DNA from: Glaucostegus cemiculus
Taxonomy: Eukaryota
NCBI GenBank assembly: GCA_976551045.1
Contig: CDPCPM010000180.1
Coordinates: forward strand, 1 to 64,000
DNA length: 64,000 nt
Direction of reading: 5' to 3'
The notes beneath the pieces were generated by a model. That model was not told the DNA's origin and ran no database searches. It was given only the letters and a program-made list of their open reading frames with translations. Shown one piece after another: positions 35,850-48,693 of this stretch. The position numbers were made by a program, and so were the translations under genes. The first letter of the stretch is position 1, and each line of letters begins with the position of its first letter.

Positions 35850-36760
35850 ACAAGAGCATAAGAAATAAAAGCAAGAGAAGGTCATTGGGCTCCTCGTACC
35901 TGCTCCACTATTCAGTAAGGTCGTCAGTGATTGTTTACCTCAGTGCCATGCTCCTGAATTATCCCCTGGCTCCCTTAATACCTAAAAATCTATCAATTAC
36001 AGTCTTGAATACACTCAACAAATGAACTTGCACAGCCCTCTTGGGAAGAGCATTCCAAAGATTCACCACACTCTAGTTGAAAAACATTCTTCTCACCTCT
36101 ATCCTGAATGACCAACCCCCTAATTTGGGACTGTGACATCTGTTTCTAGACACCCCACCCAGGGGAAGCATCAACTCTGCGTCTACCCTGTCAAATAGAG
36201 TTGATGTTTCCCCTTAATGGGGTGTCTAGAAACATAAGAATTTTTGTATGTTTCCAACGAGATCTGTTCTCAATCTCCTGAATTCCAGAGAGCATAGGCA
36301 CAGTTCTGCCTAATCTTTCTTCATATGACTAACATTCTACAACATCCAAGGAACCTCCAGGACAATTTCTCTTTCACTTCTGTATTCTTCCTTTGGGAGA
36401 GAGACCAGATTTATACACAATATTCTCGGTACAGTCTCGCCAAGACTCCACATAATTGGAGCAAGATGACTTCTACTCTTGTACTTAAATCCACTTTGCA
36501 ATAACTGTTATTATACCGCCTTGGTTCCTAATTACTTGCTGGACCTACATGTTAACCTTCAGTGATTCATGCACAAGAAATCTCAGCTCCCTCTGAATAC
36601 CTACACCTTTCAATTTCTCACTATCTAATAAATGTTCTGACTTTATAATTTTTCCACCAATGTGCGTGACCTCACATTTTTCACATCTGCCCTGTCCTTG
36701 CCCAATAACTTAACCTGCCTGTTTCCCCCAAAGCCTCTCAGCATATTCCTTGCAGCCCAC
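35850..36760 (-). mobile_element. Old CR1 3' fragment containing a local inverted duplication
   Basis: cataagaaat tail and antisense RVVNLWNALP.RAV (cacagccctcttgggaagagcattccaaagattcaccac). Confidence 0.75.
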
Positions 36761-37049
36761 ACTGGCAGACTGAAGCTTTAATGTAAACCTTGTTATTTTT
36801 ATATTCTGACTTGTAATTCAAAGGTATCCTTATTGTACACCCATCGCCCCTGTGCTGTTGACCTACCAGAGCTCACAGTTAAGCAACAGTTCAATTTTAA
36901 TTTTTTTCTAATTATTGCTCCTTCCTATTCCTGTAATCTATTTCTGTAATACCTTCAGTGCTATAACCTTCAGGGATATCTAGGCTCCTCCAATTGTGAC
37001 CTTTTGGCCATTCATAAATTGAATTGCTGTTCAATATCATAAAGCCTTA

Positions 37050-37372
37050 GAGTCATATGATAGTGAAACAACCTTCAACCTAACAGTGTGCACCAACTAT
37101 CAAGCACTTACGTACACCAATCCCATTTAATTCTACCCACAGTCCCATTAAGTGTTCCAAATTCTATCAGTTACTTACACTGGGGATAATTTACAATGGG
37201 CCATTAACCTACCAATCACATCTTAGGGATATAAGAGGAAATTGGAGCACCCAGAGGGAATCCACATGGTCAAAGAGATAACGTGCAAACTCCACACAGA
37301 CAGCATCAAAGGTTAGGATCGAACCTGGGTATCACGAGCTGCAAGGCAGCAGCTGCACTTCTGTGTCACCCT
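37050..37372 (-). mobile_element. Old V-SINE-type SINE
   Basis: gaggaaattggagcacccagagggaatccac...acgtgcaaactccacacagacagca...ggatcgaacctggg. Confidence 0.7.
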
Positions 37373-37619
37373 GCTTTTCTCCTTCTTCCTTTAATACCGA
37401 GAATCATTTGCCATACTTTTACAGGTACCCTATGTGATTGTATTAATTTTAAAATGGTACTGTTCCATGCTCTGAAAGGTTTTGCTATGTTATGTGTGCT
37501 CTACAGATGCACCATGTTGTAGACTAGCTTATTCAAAACCACCATCAGTATTTAATTATATAATTTGAAGGCTGGCCAATACGCCTGTCAGCATGTTCTA
37601 GACCCCTGCCGCTGGATAT

Positions 37620-37935
37620 GATGGTGTGGTGAATGGAGCAGGCCTCACACCTTCAGTGACCCAGGTTTGATCCTGACCTAGGGTGCTGTCTGCGTGGACT
37701 TTGCATGTTCTCTCTGTGGTGCTCTGGTTTCCTCCCACATCCCGATGATGTGCTGGTTAGAAGGTTAATTGGCTACTGCAAATTCCCTCTGGTCGATGTG
37801 AGTCATAGGAAATTCAGGCTGAAGTTGATGGGTATGTGAGAGAGTAGAGTGAAATAAGTGGGGGGGGGACATTAATGAATGGACTGCTGTGAAGCAGTAT
37901 AGACCAGATGGGACAAATGGCCTCCTTCTACATCA
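37620..37935 (+). mobile_element. Old V-SINE-type SINE
   Basis: gacccaggtttgatcctgacc...gctgtctgcgtggactttgcatgttctc...gtttcctcccacatccc...ggctactgcaaattccc. Confidence 0.75.
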
Positions 37936-38560
37936 TAAGGAAATGTATGAAACATGCTGGTCAGATGACATTACAACTGACCTGCTCTACTGCTGGACCC
38001 AATACTCAGTTATGTACTTAGTGGAGAGACTTAATGCACTTCATTTTTGGCCCCTCAGTGTTAGCATGGCCCCATTCATTTGAATTCCTGACTTTTAAAT
38101 TAGTATTTTGTTACTAATTAATTTACACAAGGTGGTTTTAAATTATTTTTTAATTTTGAAAATTAGTTTAATAGTTTTCATTTTAGTTTTTAAAAAAGTG
38201 ATCATCGGAGATATTTAGAAAATGTGTGAAAGGGCTTCTGATAGCACAGACAGATATGGTCATAGATCCTGCTGTTGATGCTCATGTACTGCTCTGCTTC
38301 ATGCAATGTCCCCGGTAGTGAAGCTGACAGGATTTTGGAGCTGTGCAAAATGTAAGTGCAACCATAAACATCCCGCGAGAGATGAAATTGAAGCTAAATC
38401 TGACTCATTGGATTCCAGTGCACACTTCCAATCAGATTGCATACATAGAATTTTAATTTTAAACTTTGTGTATTTTTAATCTTGTGTAACCAATTTAATT
38501 GTAATCCACATTTGTACAATTTCGTATGAAAATTTGGACCGACTCCCATAGCTTGGGAGC

Positions 38561-38623
38561 CATATCTTGGCTAGGGCAGATATTAGTGATGAAATTCACT
38601 AATATCTGCCTTAGCCAAATATG
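38561..38623 (+). other. Near-perfect 63-nt hairpin (23-bp core stem, 6-nt loop)
   Basis: ttggctagggcagatattagtga (38567-38589) pairs with tcactaatatctgccttagccaa (38596-38618), with one G-U. Confidence 0.8.
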
Positions 38624-38754
38624 CTGGCACAGCCTTTAGCCAATTATTGAAAGAGGTTACCTGAAATTCAAGACCTCAGAGCTGACAAAAAACACTTGTA
38701 ATTCATTGGGCAGCAGTAATCTCTGCCCTCGTATATGTTTCTTCTCTCAGACGA

Positions 38755-39530
38755 TAATATGGTGGTGGAGGCCGGATCATTAAGTGTATTGATGGTGGAG
38801 GTGGGTAAATATTTGAAAGATCAAGGAATTGAGGATTATGGCAAAATGGCACAGAAGAGGAGTTGCGATCAGCATAGATCAGCCATGATCATATTGAATG
38901 GCGGGGCAGACTTAAGTGGCCTACTCTTGCTCCTATTTTCTCTTGTTCCTGAGATCTAGACTACCTTTGGAAGGCACCTCAAGACACTAGAAGTATACCA
39001 TCAATACTGTCTCAGTAAATCCCCCATATTCACTGCAAGGATAAATAAACCAATGTCAGTGAGTTATTCCCAAGCCAACATTCCCAGCTCCGAACTCCTA
39101 ATCTCACTCGGATGGCTATGTTGCTCAGGCCACCAGACTCCCAGAGCAGATGATCTGTTACCGTGGGAAGAGATTAGTAGTTGAACAGAAGGAAAGATTC
39201 CAATATGTGCTTAGAGCCTCCTTGAAGAAATGCAACATCCCCACTGATTCCTGAGAGCTTCTGGCCTACCAACCATCAGAGTGGAGAACGATCATTTGGA
39301 ACGTTATTAAATCCATGCATCAGAAGCACACAGGACCCTCACATAAGTGGCAGAAGCAGTGCACCTCCTTACAAGCTATCTACTCACCCAGCCACATCAG
39401 GCATCTGCTGCTCATCTGCGGAAGAGTTTGCAATTCCCACTTTGTCCTCATTAGGCATATCTGAACCCTCACAATCAGAGTTAGAAGAAGTTCTCTTTTA
39501 TCCTGAGGGACAGCCTAAGAAGAGGAGGAT
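38755..39530 (+). mobile_element. CR1 tail (about 38755-38950) followed by a degraded RTE LINE 3' fragment
   Basis: VVEAGSL..L tail, then RTE-like D..TNVS...QANIPS and GHV.R...RLP.Q remnants. Confidence 0.6.
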
Positions 39531-42500
39531 ATATTTATTTTGTATATTTGTGCTGACAAGCAGAACTGTGAATATTCATACATTAATATTAAATGTGTAC
39601 TATAAATTATTATCTGCATCTAGTATTTACTTATCAGCTTATTGAAGATGATGCTTCTTTGTTTTCATTGGAATCTGCATAATATTTAGTGATGAATTTA
39701 ATTGGTCACAACTGGAAGAAAATACACTAATATGTGAGCTATATTGAAGACCTTTAGCTGTTTCGTTACATTCCATTTGAGCGTCACTGAGTCAGTTTTG
39801 AGTAAATTCTGTGGCATTAGTGTTGCGCTTCCAAATCCTGTCCACGTGCAACCTTCATGTCTCATAAAACTCTGCAGTTGCAAATCATGTAGCCGATTCA
39901 GATCTGATGTAATTTAAATGCTAAACGAGAATTGCCCAATACGTTATTTGTGTACGCACCCTATTCACCGCTGAATTTTATGCATAAATTTTCTAATTTT
40001 TGAGGTGACGCTATTTTGATCAAGACCTTGAAGTTTAACTCTCTACTCCATTGTTTTACTATCGGAGATGAGAAAAAAAAATTGTGGAGTGACAGTATTA
40101 AAGAAATATTACCTCTGATAAATAATAGTTACTCACCTGCTTTCATAAGAGCACAGTAATTTTTTTCAGCTCTCTGTGGATGAGATATAAATGATACTTG
40201 TGCTTCTTTGTTCCCCTTTTTTTTCACCCTGCTGCCCCACATTGTATTTGGGAGCATATATTAACACTCAATTAGATTCAGGTTGCATGAAGAGCTTTCA
40301 ACAAATCAAATTTATAATATGTCTTTTTTTCCTTTTAATATTAGCATTCAGACAAAACATATTGGTTTGGTGGATTATAAATTTTCGTTGGTAATCTAGA
40401 ATAGATTTTTCATAAGCTTATGTAATTTTCGAGGTACTGTGAAGGTCAAAAAACTTACACCCATTTAGTCCTTTATTTCTGTGTCTGCTTTTCTCTTTCA
40501 ATCTCTGTCTGAGTCCTTCTAGTTCAAAAGTTCACTCAATTCCCAAATGACCACCTAATTTTCCAGTTATTCCCTCAAGCCATATGTGTTTGGGTTTCTT
40601 TATGGTTTATTAGGTACTGTAGGAAAGAAACATCCGTTATATCTTCTAATGTAATTCACACACACTTCAGTGGTGCTTCTTCTTGATTGCTGGCAGCAAT
40701 TAAGTCATAGCAAAGAAGGGTAATGCATGGACTCCCCAGGCCTGTGCTTCTCTGCAGAAGCTGACAAAGCCTAAAAAATAAATGCCAGCCCCACCGTTAG
40801 CAATCTGCCTCTTTTCTGGCTGCAAGACTGATTGATTGTGAAATCATAACTTGCTTCATGCTAACAGGGAGAGTTCACTGGTAGGTTATTGTGAGCGGAT
40901 AAAGCACTGGATGAGGTTTTGATTTTTCTGTATCGAATCTGGGTACATCAGATTAATGGAATTTCAATTACTGCATGGAATTGCCACTGCTTTGTCAGGA
41001 AAACTGATGGAGATTCTATTGCTATGTCTAGGAGCTAATACCAGATGCATAAAAGGTGTGCTCTTCCATTATACCAAAGAACAGAGAAAAATTGGAGTTA
41101 GATGGTTTTTAACTTATTGATGTCTGTACATCTGTCCTTTTCATTTTTCCCATCTCTTCAGATTGTTCTATTTGGTTTGACAGTGCAGTTCCAGTTTGAG
41201 TATATGAATCAGATTTAATGTGGATATTTCCATTTTTACTTTACTCACACTGCTGCTAATTGATAATATTCAACAAGTATATGCTGATGCTTATGGATAC
41301 ATTATCCTGAAAATGTACTTCAGATCTTATACTTTATAAGAGTAATTGTGGGGTGATTAATGAATCATTGTGATTTGCACAGAACCAGGAAATGAGCACA
41401 TTACTCACATGAAAATCATTGGTTATCAATATATTTTGATAGCACACTGTGTTTTAACTCTTGATAATCAGAGGTTTATTTTGTTTTGAAAAATCAAATT
41501 ACTTAAACAATTCAAAAAATCCAGCAACATTTAAGTATTAACTGAAATCAAATCACATTTGATGTGTCAGGGGATACATACCTATCTTGTTTTCAGAAAA
41601 ATGAGCGGTATTAATATATGGAAATCATTATTGACAGTGTGCGTAATTAATGTGATAAATTATATTGTTATGGGAATGATCAATACCAAGGCATATTGAG
41701 GTTTCAAATTTCTGTAATATCATGAAGTAGAAAAGAGTAGATGTCTAGGAATGATTACTAGGGTGTAATCCACTTGGAATTCAGATAATGTTTTAAATTT
41801 CATAGAAAGCTTAAATGGGCTTTAACTATTGGCTTACATAACCTTTACATCAGTTACAAATAATATAAATTGTTAAAATATAACAGAATTTTCAATTAAA
41901 TATTTCCAATAATTCTGTATGATTTTTGTCAAAACTACTACAAATAAAAGTATACTCCAATTGATGCATGGGCCATGCTTTTCCATGCAGCAGTGATGGG
42001 AACTGTCCATTTACCTGAATATTGCACAGACTGAATATTGCACAGGTTTGACAATCCTGGGAAAATTATCACATCAGCAATTGTATATCATAAACTTCAT
42101 CTTTTGATGGTAGTAATGCACTCATTGGTCACCATGTGACTAATTTGAATCATTATTGCAAACTTGTTGTTATCTGCTAAATATGGTCTTACATAATGTT
42201 AACAATCCTGACAGTGTTATAAATTTATCTAAACAATGTATAATTGATTGCTTAAATTCTTTTTCCATTGTACGTATATTTTATGCTGCCACTAATTCTC
42301 AGCAGCTCAAGATCATTGATTTAAACTTCAGTAGTGACCTGTAACATGCTGTAGGATTAGCAATTACAACGTATCATGATTGACATAATGACATGTTACC
42401 AACTGAAAGTATCCAAAATTAAATGGAATGACTCATAAAGATAATATTATTTAAGAAATTGACAACTGGGCCTTATTATGTGAGATTCTGAGGAACTTTC

Positions 42501-45379
42501 AAATATTTGAACTTTTCTTTCACAGTTACAGGTATAGATTAACGCATTGGAGTTACTCCTACTAATCTGTCATTTAAAAAAAAATCCTTACATAAAATTA
42601 TTACGGCTAAGGAATCTGTTCAGCCCATAAGAGTCCGTGCTATAAATTGAACAGAGTGTTTTTGGAAATCTGCAGCTTATTTAAATTTTTCTAATAGCAC
42701 TTTTATGTCTGATTAAGAAAAGTACCACCAGAAAAAGTAATATGGTTATTGACTCTCTATATATTCTAGACTTAACCATCAATATGGAGGTTTTTTTTAA
42801 AATATATATTTAATAAAAGAAAAGGCTTTAAAGGGGAAAGGCAGCAATCCATGACTATACTTGATTTATTTTGATATTTGTGCTGAAAAATCTCGTATAC
42901 AAGAACTACAAGATGATTGATGCAGCTTGTGGTGAATAGCAGAAAGTAACTAAACAAAGACATTTAATAGCTAAATATCTAACTTGGATATGTTTGTAAG
43001 CAATTAGCAAAAAAAACCTGCTAACATTAGCATAATGGTCAATTATTACTTAAAATTAAATAAAAATAAGTAAAATACAACAGCTATAATGAGACCTATA
43101 TTCCCTCTTAATTGATTGAAAGCCTTCCATTTATGGGTAATGGCCAAAAGTCATGAAAGAAAATTGAAACTACTTTTACTACAAATCAATATGGAAGGTT
43201 TCAGAAAAGGGGCATATTCTAATGTACTTGAAAATAAACAAAAAGTCATTGCTTGTTTAATCGCATTAATGGGATTATGCTCAGTGCAGTAGAGAATGTA
43301 ATATGATACGAGCCCACCCTTAACACAACCAGTCCTAAATTGCAGAACACATCTGCAGTGGATGGTGTGACACTTGGGTGTTCTGTTCAAGAGGAAGTAA
43401 ACTTAATTACCAGTGGTGGCCAGGGATTAAAAGGTATTGGTGGGGCACAATCCTATTGCAAATGAAACCACTCTTTCACATCGAGTGCCATAAACACAAC
43501 ACGTATAGATTACCTCTTTCCCATTTTCCTTCATGGAACATCAATTCATTATTTTCCATCGGCTGGTGGCTCCTGCTCCACTCCACTCCACTAAATGTTC
43601 GGGCTGGTTTCCCACCTCAGCTGACGTGTCATGTGCTACTGGTCTGCTGCTTTTGTTTCCACAGAGAGCAGCCAGTAGGTAAGTGTTACTTTAATTCTAG
43701 AACTTCCAAATGTGAACTATGGCCCAATGTCTACTTTTGTTTTAAGAGGGTAGGGAGAGTGACCGACTGTCACCTATACAGTCAAAATCAGCTCTTCTGG
43801 TATTTTTACTCTGTTGCTATTACAGGCACAGTTTGGAGTTTGTGGGTCATACACTACTGGCCCCTAATGAGTAGCTGCCACTGTTAATTTAAATTGGGCT
43901 CTTATACATTTGGAAGCCTGATTTAGAATTTAACTGAGCCCGTTGGGCTTCCCAAAGCTGGCAGTGAGATAGGAAGTTCAAATTCCAGTCTCTATTTAAA
44001 AAGCAGTTTTGTACTTTACAAGTACGAAGAGTCGAAATTCTCTTCACTGGCCCACAAACAAACTGCCTGCTAATCCTTCTGCTAACCCTGGCTGCTCTTC
44101 TCTGCCACGATCTGTCCTTTTTCTAACTTCGGCAGAACTTCTGCCTCCCTGGAATATTTTTCCCCCACTCTCTGGCTAGTTTTGTGTTCCCCACATGTAA
44201 ACATTAGAGCCGATAACTCTTTTTCCTCTTTCTGCTGCCTGTAGGTTCTGCTGTTCCCTTTCTTGCTATTTTCCCTCTGAACATTTTCCCTTTCAGGTAA
44301 GGGGTGATTCATGACGCCTTGTAATTTAGAGAAGATAAACATCAGCCCCTGTCGATCTGTAGTGATACAATTGCTTTGCTGAGTGTACTTCTTAATTTAA
44401 TGTTGAAATTTAATTTGCCCCCCAATCTCCTATATAGCTGAACCATCTGAATCCACCACAAGGCAAGATTTATTTTGAAGGCAAGGAATTAATGATACTT
44501 CCTTGTTCTAAATGGAAAATGTATTCTCAACTAGCATATTCTGAACCCTTATCAGTTTCACAGACAACACCTGAAAAATGTTTGTTGCTGGTTGCTTGAC
44601 GAGATTGGCTTGACTATCTACTCAGCCTTACAAATGGTCCCAGTGGGACATCTGGTTCATTCAGGCAGGTTAGGTTTTTTTTGCAAAGGAACCCTTTTCT
44701 TCCATTGCTGTCTTAAGCCACCTAATGTAGGAAACAGCAATCCAGTGTTTGTTACAAGATTTTGCTTGGTATCTATTAAGCCAGGCTTAGCATTTCAGTA
44801 CAATAAGTGAAACTATTTTAATAGTGATTTTTTTCCACTAAATTCTAGGTGAAGTTGAGAGCCAATTCACCAGTGTTATTACCCTGATTTTCCCACCTCT
44901 TCCCCCATGTCCTAATTTGGTGATAGTGCGCGAATATTTTTTGAAAAATAAAATAAGACTATTTGCACACATGTAGCTTTAGAGGCAGTACAAAGTGGCA
45001 TGTCAGTCAATAAAATATTTTAAAGATTGCATACCTATATTCTAACAAATATTTTGCATATAATGTCATAAGCTGAGTTTTACAGTATTTAACTCACCAG
45101 ATTTGTGAGGTAAATGCTGTTTTGGGCCACAAATAAAAAGTGTTGTTCGTCCTTTTGCACCAAGTTTACTCTTAAGCAGTCAGCTCAGTTCATCCTCTAC
45201 CATGTTGCTTGTCCTTTGCCCAGACCTTTTAAAATATCAGCAATGCTGCTGTGCCTAAGAAGAGGGAAGGTATTTCTGCTGGTCGACAACAAAAACAATA
45301 GCACTTATCTGTAATTTGAAGCCAGATCTTTCAGTGTTGAAGTTAGGAAATGCAGTAGGTGGCAGAAATTTAGAGAAAG

Positions 45380-45845
45380 TTGCCAGGAGAATTCCAAACA
45401 CAAACTGGAGGAACAGCACCTCATTTTCCATCTTGGAACCTTGCAGCCTAACGGTATGAATATTGGATTCTCCCACTTTAGGTAATCCCCACCCATTTCC
45501 CCATTCCCCACCAACACCCCCCCTCCCCACCATGCTTCTTCTCTTCTTCCCTTCCCTAGCCTCTTTTTTTTCTTGCATTTTACCCATGTCTTGGTGGATC
45601 TGCTCTCCCTTCCTCCCCCATACCTGCCTATTGCTGTCTCTTGCCTGCATCTACCTATCACCACCCTGTGTCCACCCCACCTCCTCTCTTTTGTCCACCT
45701 GTCACTGCTCTGCTTTTCCCTCCTATATATTGGGCTTCCTCTTTTCCTATCTTCAGTCCTGAAGACGGGTCCTGACATGAAACGTTGACCACCTGCTTTT
45801 CTCCACGAATGCTGAGTTCCTCCAGCATCATTGTGTTTTTCTTTT
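45380..45845 (+). mobile_element. Penelope-like 3' end with hammerhead-like motif
   Basis: KLEEQHLIFHLGTLQPNGMNIGFS, a pyrimidine-rich UTR, then cagtc CTGAAGA cgggtcctgacat GAAAC gtt gacca. Confidence 0.85.
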
Positions 45846-46207
45846 GGCAGAAATTTAGAACTGGTTTCCACAGACTGCAGGATATTTAAAGATATGGGGG
45901 CAAGGACAAATGTGTAGAGTTGCATCCCAGATCAGTCATGATCTTGCTGAATGGCAGAATGGGCTCAAGAGGCTAAATAGTCTAATCCTGTTTCTTTCTT
46001 ATGTTTTCTAGCTCGACACAAGACACATCCAGTCTGCCAGTCTGGCTAGTTGGTGGGTGGGTAACCTGTTGAGATAATTCAAAACAGCTACTGCTTTTAA
46101 ATTTGGAAGGGGCCCTACAGGAAATCCATATTGCTAGGGTTGACATCCCAACCATGTTATTCTCCGATTCTGCGTATTCACCTAATAAAAGAGATTGTAA
46201 ATGCATA

Positions 46208-46511
46208 GGGCAGGCAAGGTAGTGTAGTAGCCACTGTAAAGCTATTACATCGCCAGCGACCCGGGTTCAATTCCCGCGGCTGCCTGTAAGGAGATTGTAT
46301 GTTCTCCCAGTGTCTGCGTGGGTTTCCTCCGGCTGCTGCGGTTTCCTGCCACATTCCAAAGACGTACGGGTTAGGAAGTTGTGGGCATGCTATGTTGGCG
46401 CCGGAAGCATGGCGACACTTGTGGGCTGCCCCCCAGAACACTCTACACAAAAAGGATGCATTTCACTGTGTATTTCGATGTACATGTGACTAATAAAGAA
46501 ATCTTATCTTA
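46208..46511 (+). mobile_element. V-SINE-type SINE family A, full length
   Basis: Head gggcaggcaaggtagtgtag, B-box gggttcaattccc, V-core, tail gtacatgtgactaataaagaaatcttatctt. Confidence 0.92.
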
Positions 46512-48640
46512 AATGTTCTATGGGAAATTTGGGATGAAATTGGCTGCATTTTTCTGCATTACTTTCAGTGTCAGTTTATTTCCAAGTTACTGACAACTCT
46601 GCTCCTTTTGTGACTCTGTCTTGGCTGCTGGTTCTATAAACTCTATAGAATCAGCACATGGTTATTTGCTGCCATCTCTTGAGTATCCTGTGTCAGGTGA
46701 TTTATGAGTACCTTCAAAACATCCTAAAAATCAAACAGAAACATCTGCTATCCTTGAGAGAGCAACTATGCTGAACTGAAATTTAGGGATGGCGGAAGAG
46801 CATGGACTTTTGTATTCTCTTGGACAATAGTAACAAGGAAAAAGCAGGATTTTTGGGGGTATATCCTGTTTCTTGTTCCCTGGAAGTTTGGATGTTTGCT
46901 GTCAGTGCTGTGCTCCATTCCTGATTTGTTTACTTGTGAGCTACCATTCATTGCTTTGTAAGCAATAAGAAAGTAAAATGAATGGCTTGCTAACCTAGCC
47001 GTACAGCTCATGAAAATGAACAGGTATGAAATTTCAGCCTTATTTCTTTGTCTGTTGCACTATAAACAGTGAGTTTTTTTTCTGAAGGAAAAGGACAACT
47101 GAAATAATGAAGCAAATCTCTTGATCATATTTTCTCGGGCATATTTTTGTTTAAAGATTGACTCTACATTTCTTATTAGAGGGCACACTAGATTTAAAAA
47201 ATATATATTTCTGATGTGAAAGTATTAACCATAATTTTTTTTAATGCTGATAAACTCTTTCATGGAATAATAAATTAAGCTAAGTATACTGCAAATTGTA
47301 ATCTGATTGTAGGCCTCCAGGCCTAAGTCTATAATTAGAATAATTCTTGGCATACATAATCAGATCTTTTGAAAGAGAGCAGGACAGGCATAATCATTTT
47401 CTGTTCCTATGGTAACCACTAGTGTTAAACCATGGCTACCTGAATGATGTTTTTTTTAAAAAGAGCGTTGTTACTGTGAATTAATAAATATCTGTACAAG
47501 GTTACAGTAAAGCATTTCTTGGATTAAGTTTCAACCCTGTAGGAATTTCCGAGCAGATTAGTTCTAGTTTGTGAGAGATATACCGAATACAACGACAATG
47601 TGATTGCTTTTATGAAAACTGGAATGGTTTTAAAAAAGCTGATGGATGCTTGAGTAAAGGAAGTTAGAAGAAACTATTCTTTGTATTGATAATATTTTGT
47701 TTTTCAAACTATATCAGTTGGTCTTTCCAAATCTAGTCACAAGGTAGTTGATGTGGATTGCATGAACGAATTAAAATGTTTTGATTACGATTGCATGGCG
47801 GGAATATCACACAATGGTCTCAAAAGGTGTGATGCTGTAGACATTATCCAGAGGCTAGAGGCAAAACTGATTTCAGGATGGAATGAATGATGTGCCTGGA
47901 ATGTCTATTTATTAAATTACTCCTTTGTTAGATTCCTGAAATTATCTCCTTAAGGGTCATTAATAGATTGAGAAAACTACATTGATGCATGCATGGTAAA
48001 TTTGGAAGTTAGGCCATGATTTGGATATTAAAAGGTATTTAGGGTCTTTTAATTCCAGTATTTCCTTTTCAACCCTTTTCATGAAAGAAATACCAATATT
48101 AGATTTACAGTATTTTCTTTAAAAGGGAAAATATATATATTTTTTAATCAACACATCTCCTTTGTGAACTTGTTAGCTCAAATGACCTGTTTTCAGAGGT
48201 GAAACAGGATCAGCACAGTTTAAAGGTCAAAACAAAAGCGGCTGACACTATGTTCATGATATGAATGTACCAATAAAAAATTTTCACCACTGGACTGGTA
48301 AGAAATTTAAGCCACTTTCAAACCTTTTCTGTTAATACTAAGCTTAAAATAACATTTTGTTTCTTGCTACCTTTGCTTGTAAAGCCCTGAGTCAGATTTT
48401 GTATGGACTATACTCAATGGAGAATACCTTTTGTGGGCAATGTCAGTGATATTAAATTCTTTGCCGTGTAGTGTTAAAATGGGAATTTAATTTTAGCACA
48501 AGTTGTGTGATTGGTGCATGTGAAACAGTGAAATAATTCTTTATAGTTGTTAAATGTAAAAAAAAACACATTGTACATTGTCTCCAAATTGTACCTATTA
48601 ACCAAACTGAATGGTTGAAATCACTTTTCCCAAAAGTGAT

Positions 48641-48693
48641 TTGTGGGCCGAAGGGCCTGAATTGTGCTGTAGGTATCTATGTTCTATGTTCTA
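48641..48693 (+). mobile_element. Very short CR1 3' tail insertion
   Basis: ttgtgggccgaagggcctgaattgtgctgtaggtatctatgttctatgttcta. Confidence 0.8.

Noticed and set aside
42015-42045. 16-bp tandem duplication ctgaatattgcacag(a)
   Set aside because: Two copies only; ordinary slippage duplication.
43378-43887. 169-aa ORF in the repeat-poor block
   Set aside because: Non-ATG start, W/C/F-rich composition and no recognisable domain; more likely chance in non-coding sequence.
45305-45925. 206-aa minus-strand ORF
   Set aside because: Antisense reading of a pyrimidine-rich Penelope 3' UTR; low complexity.
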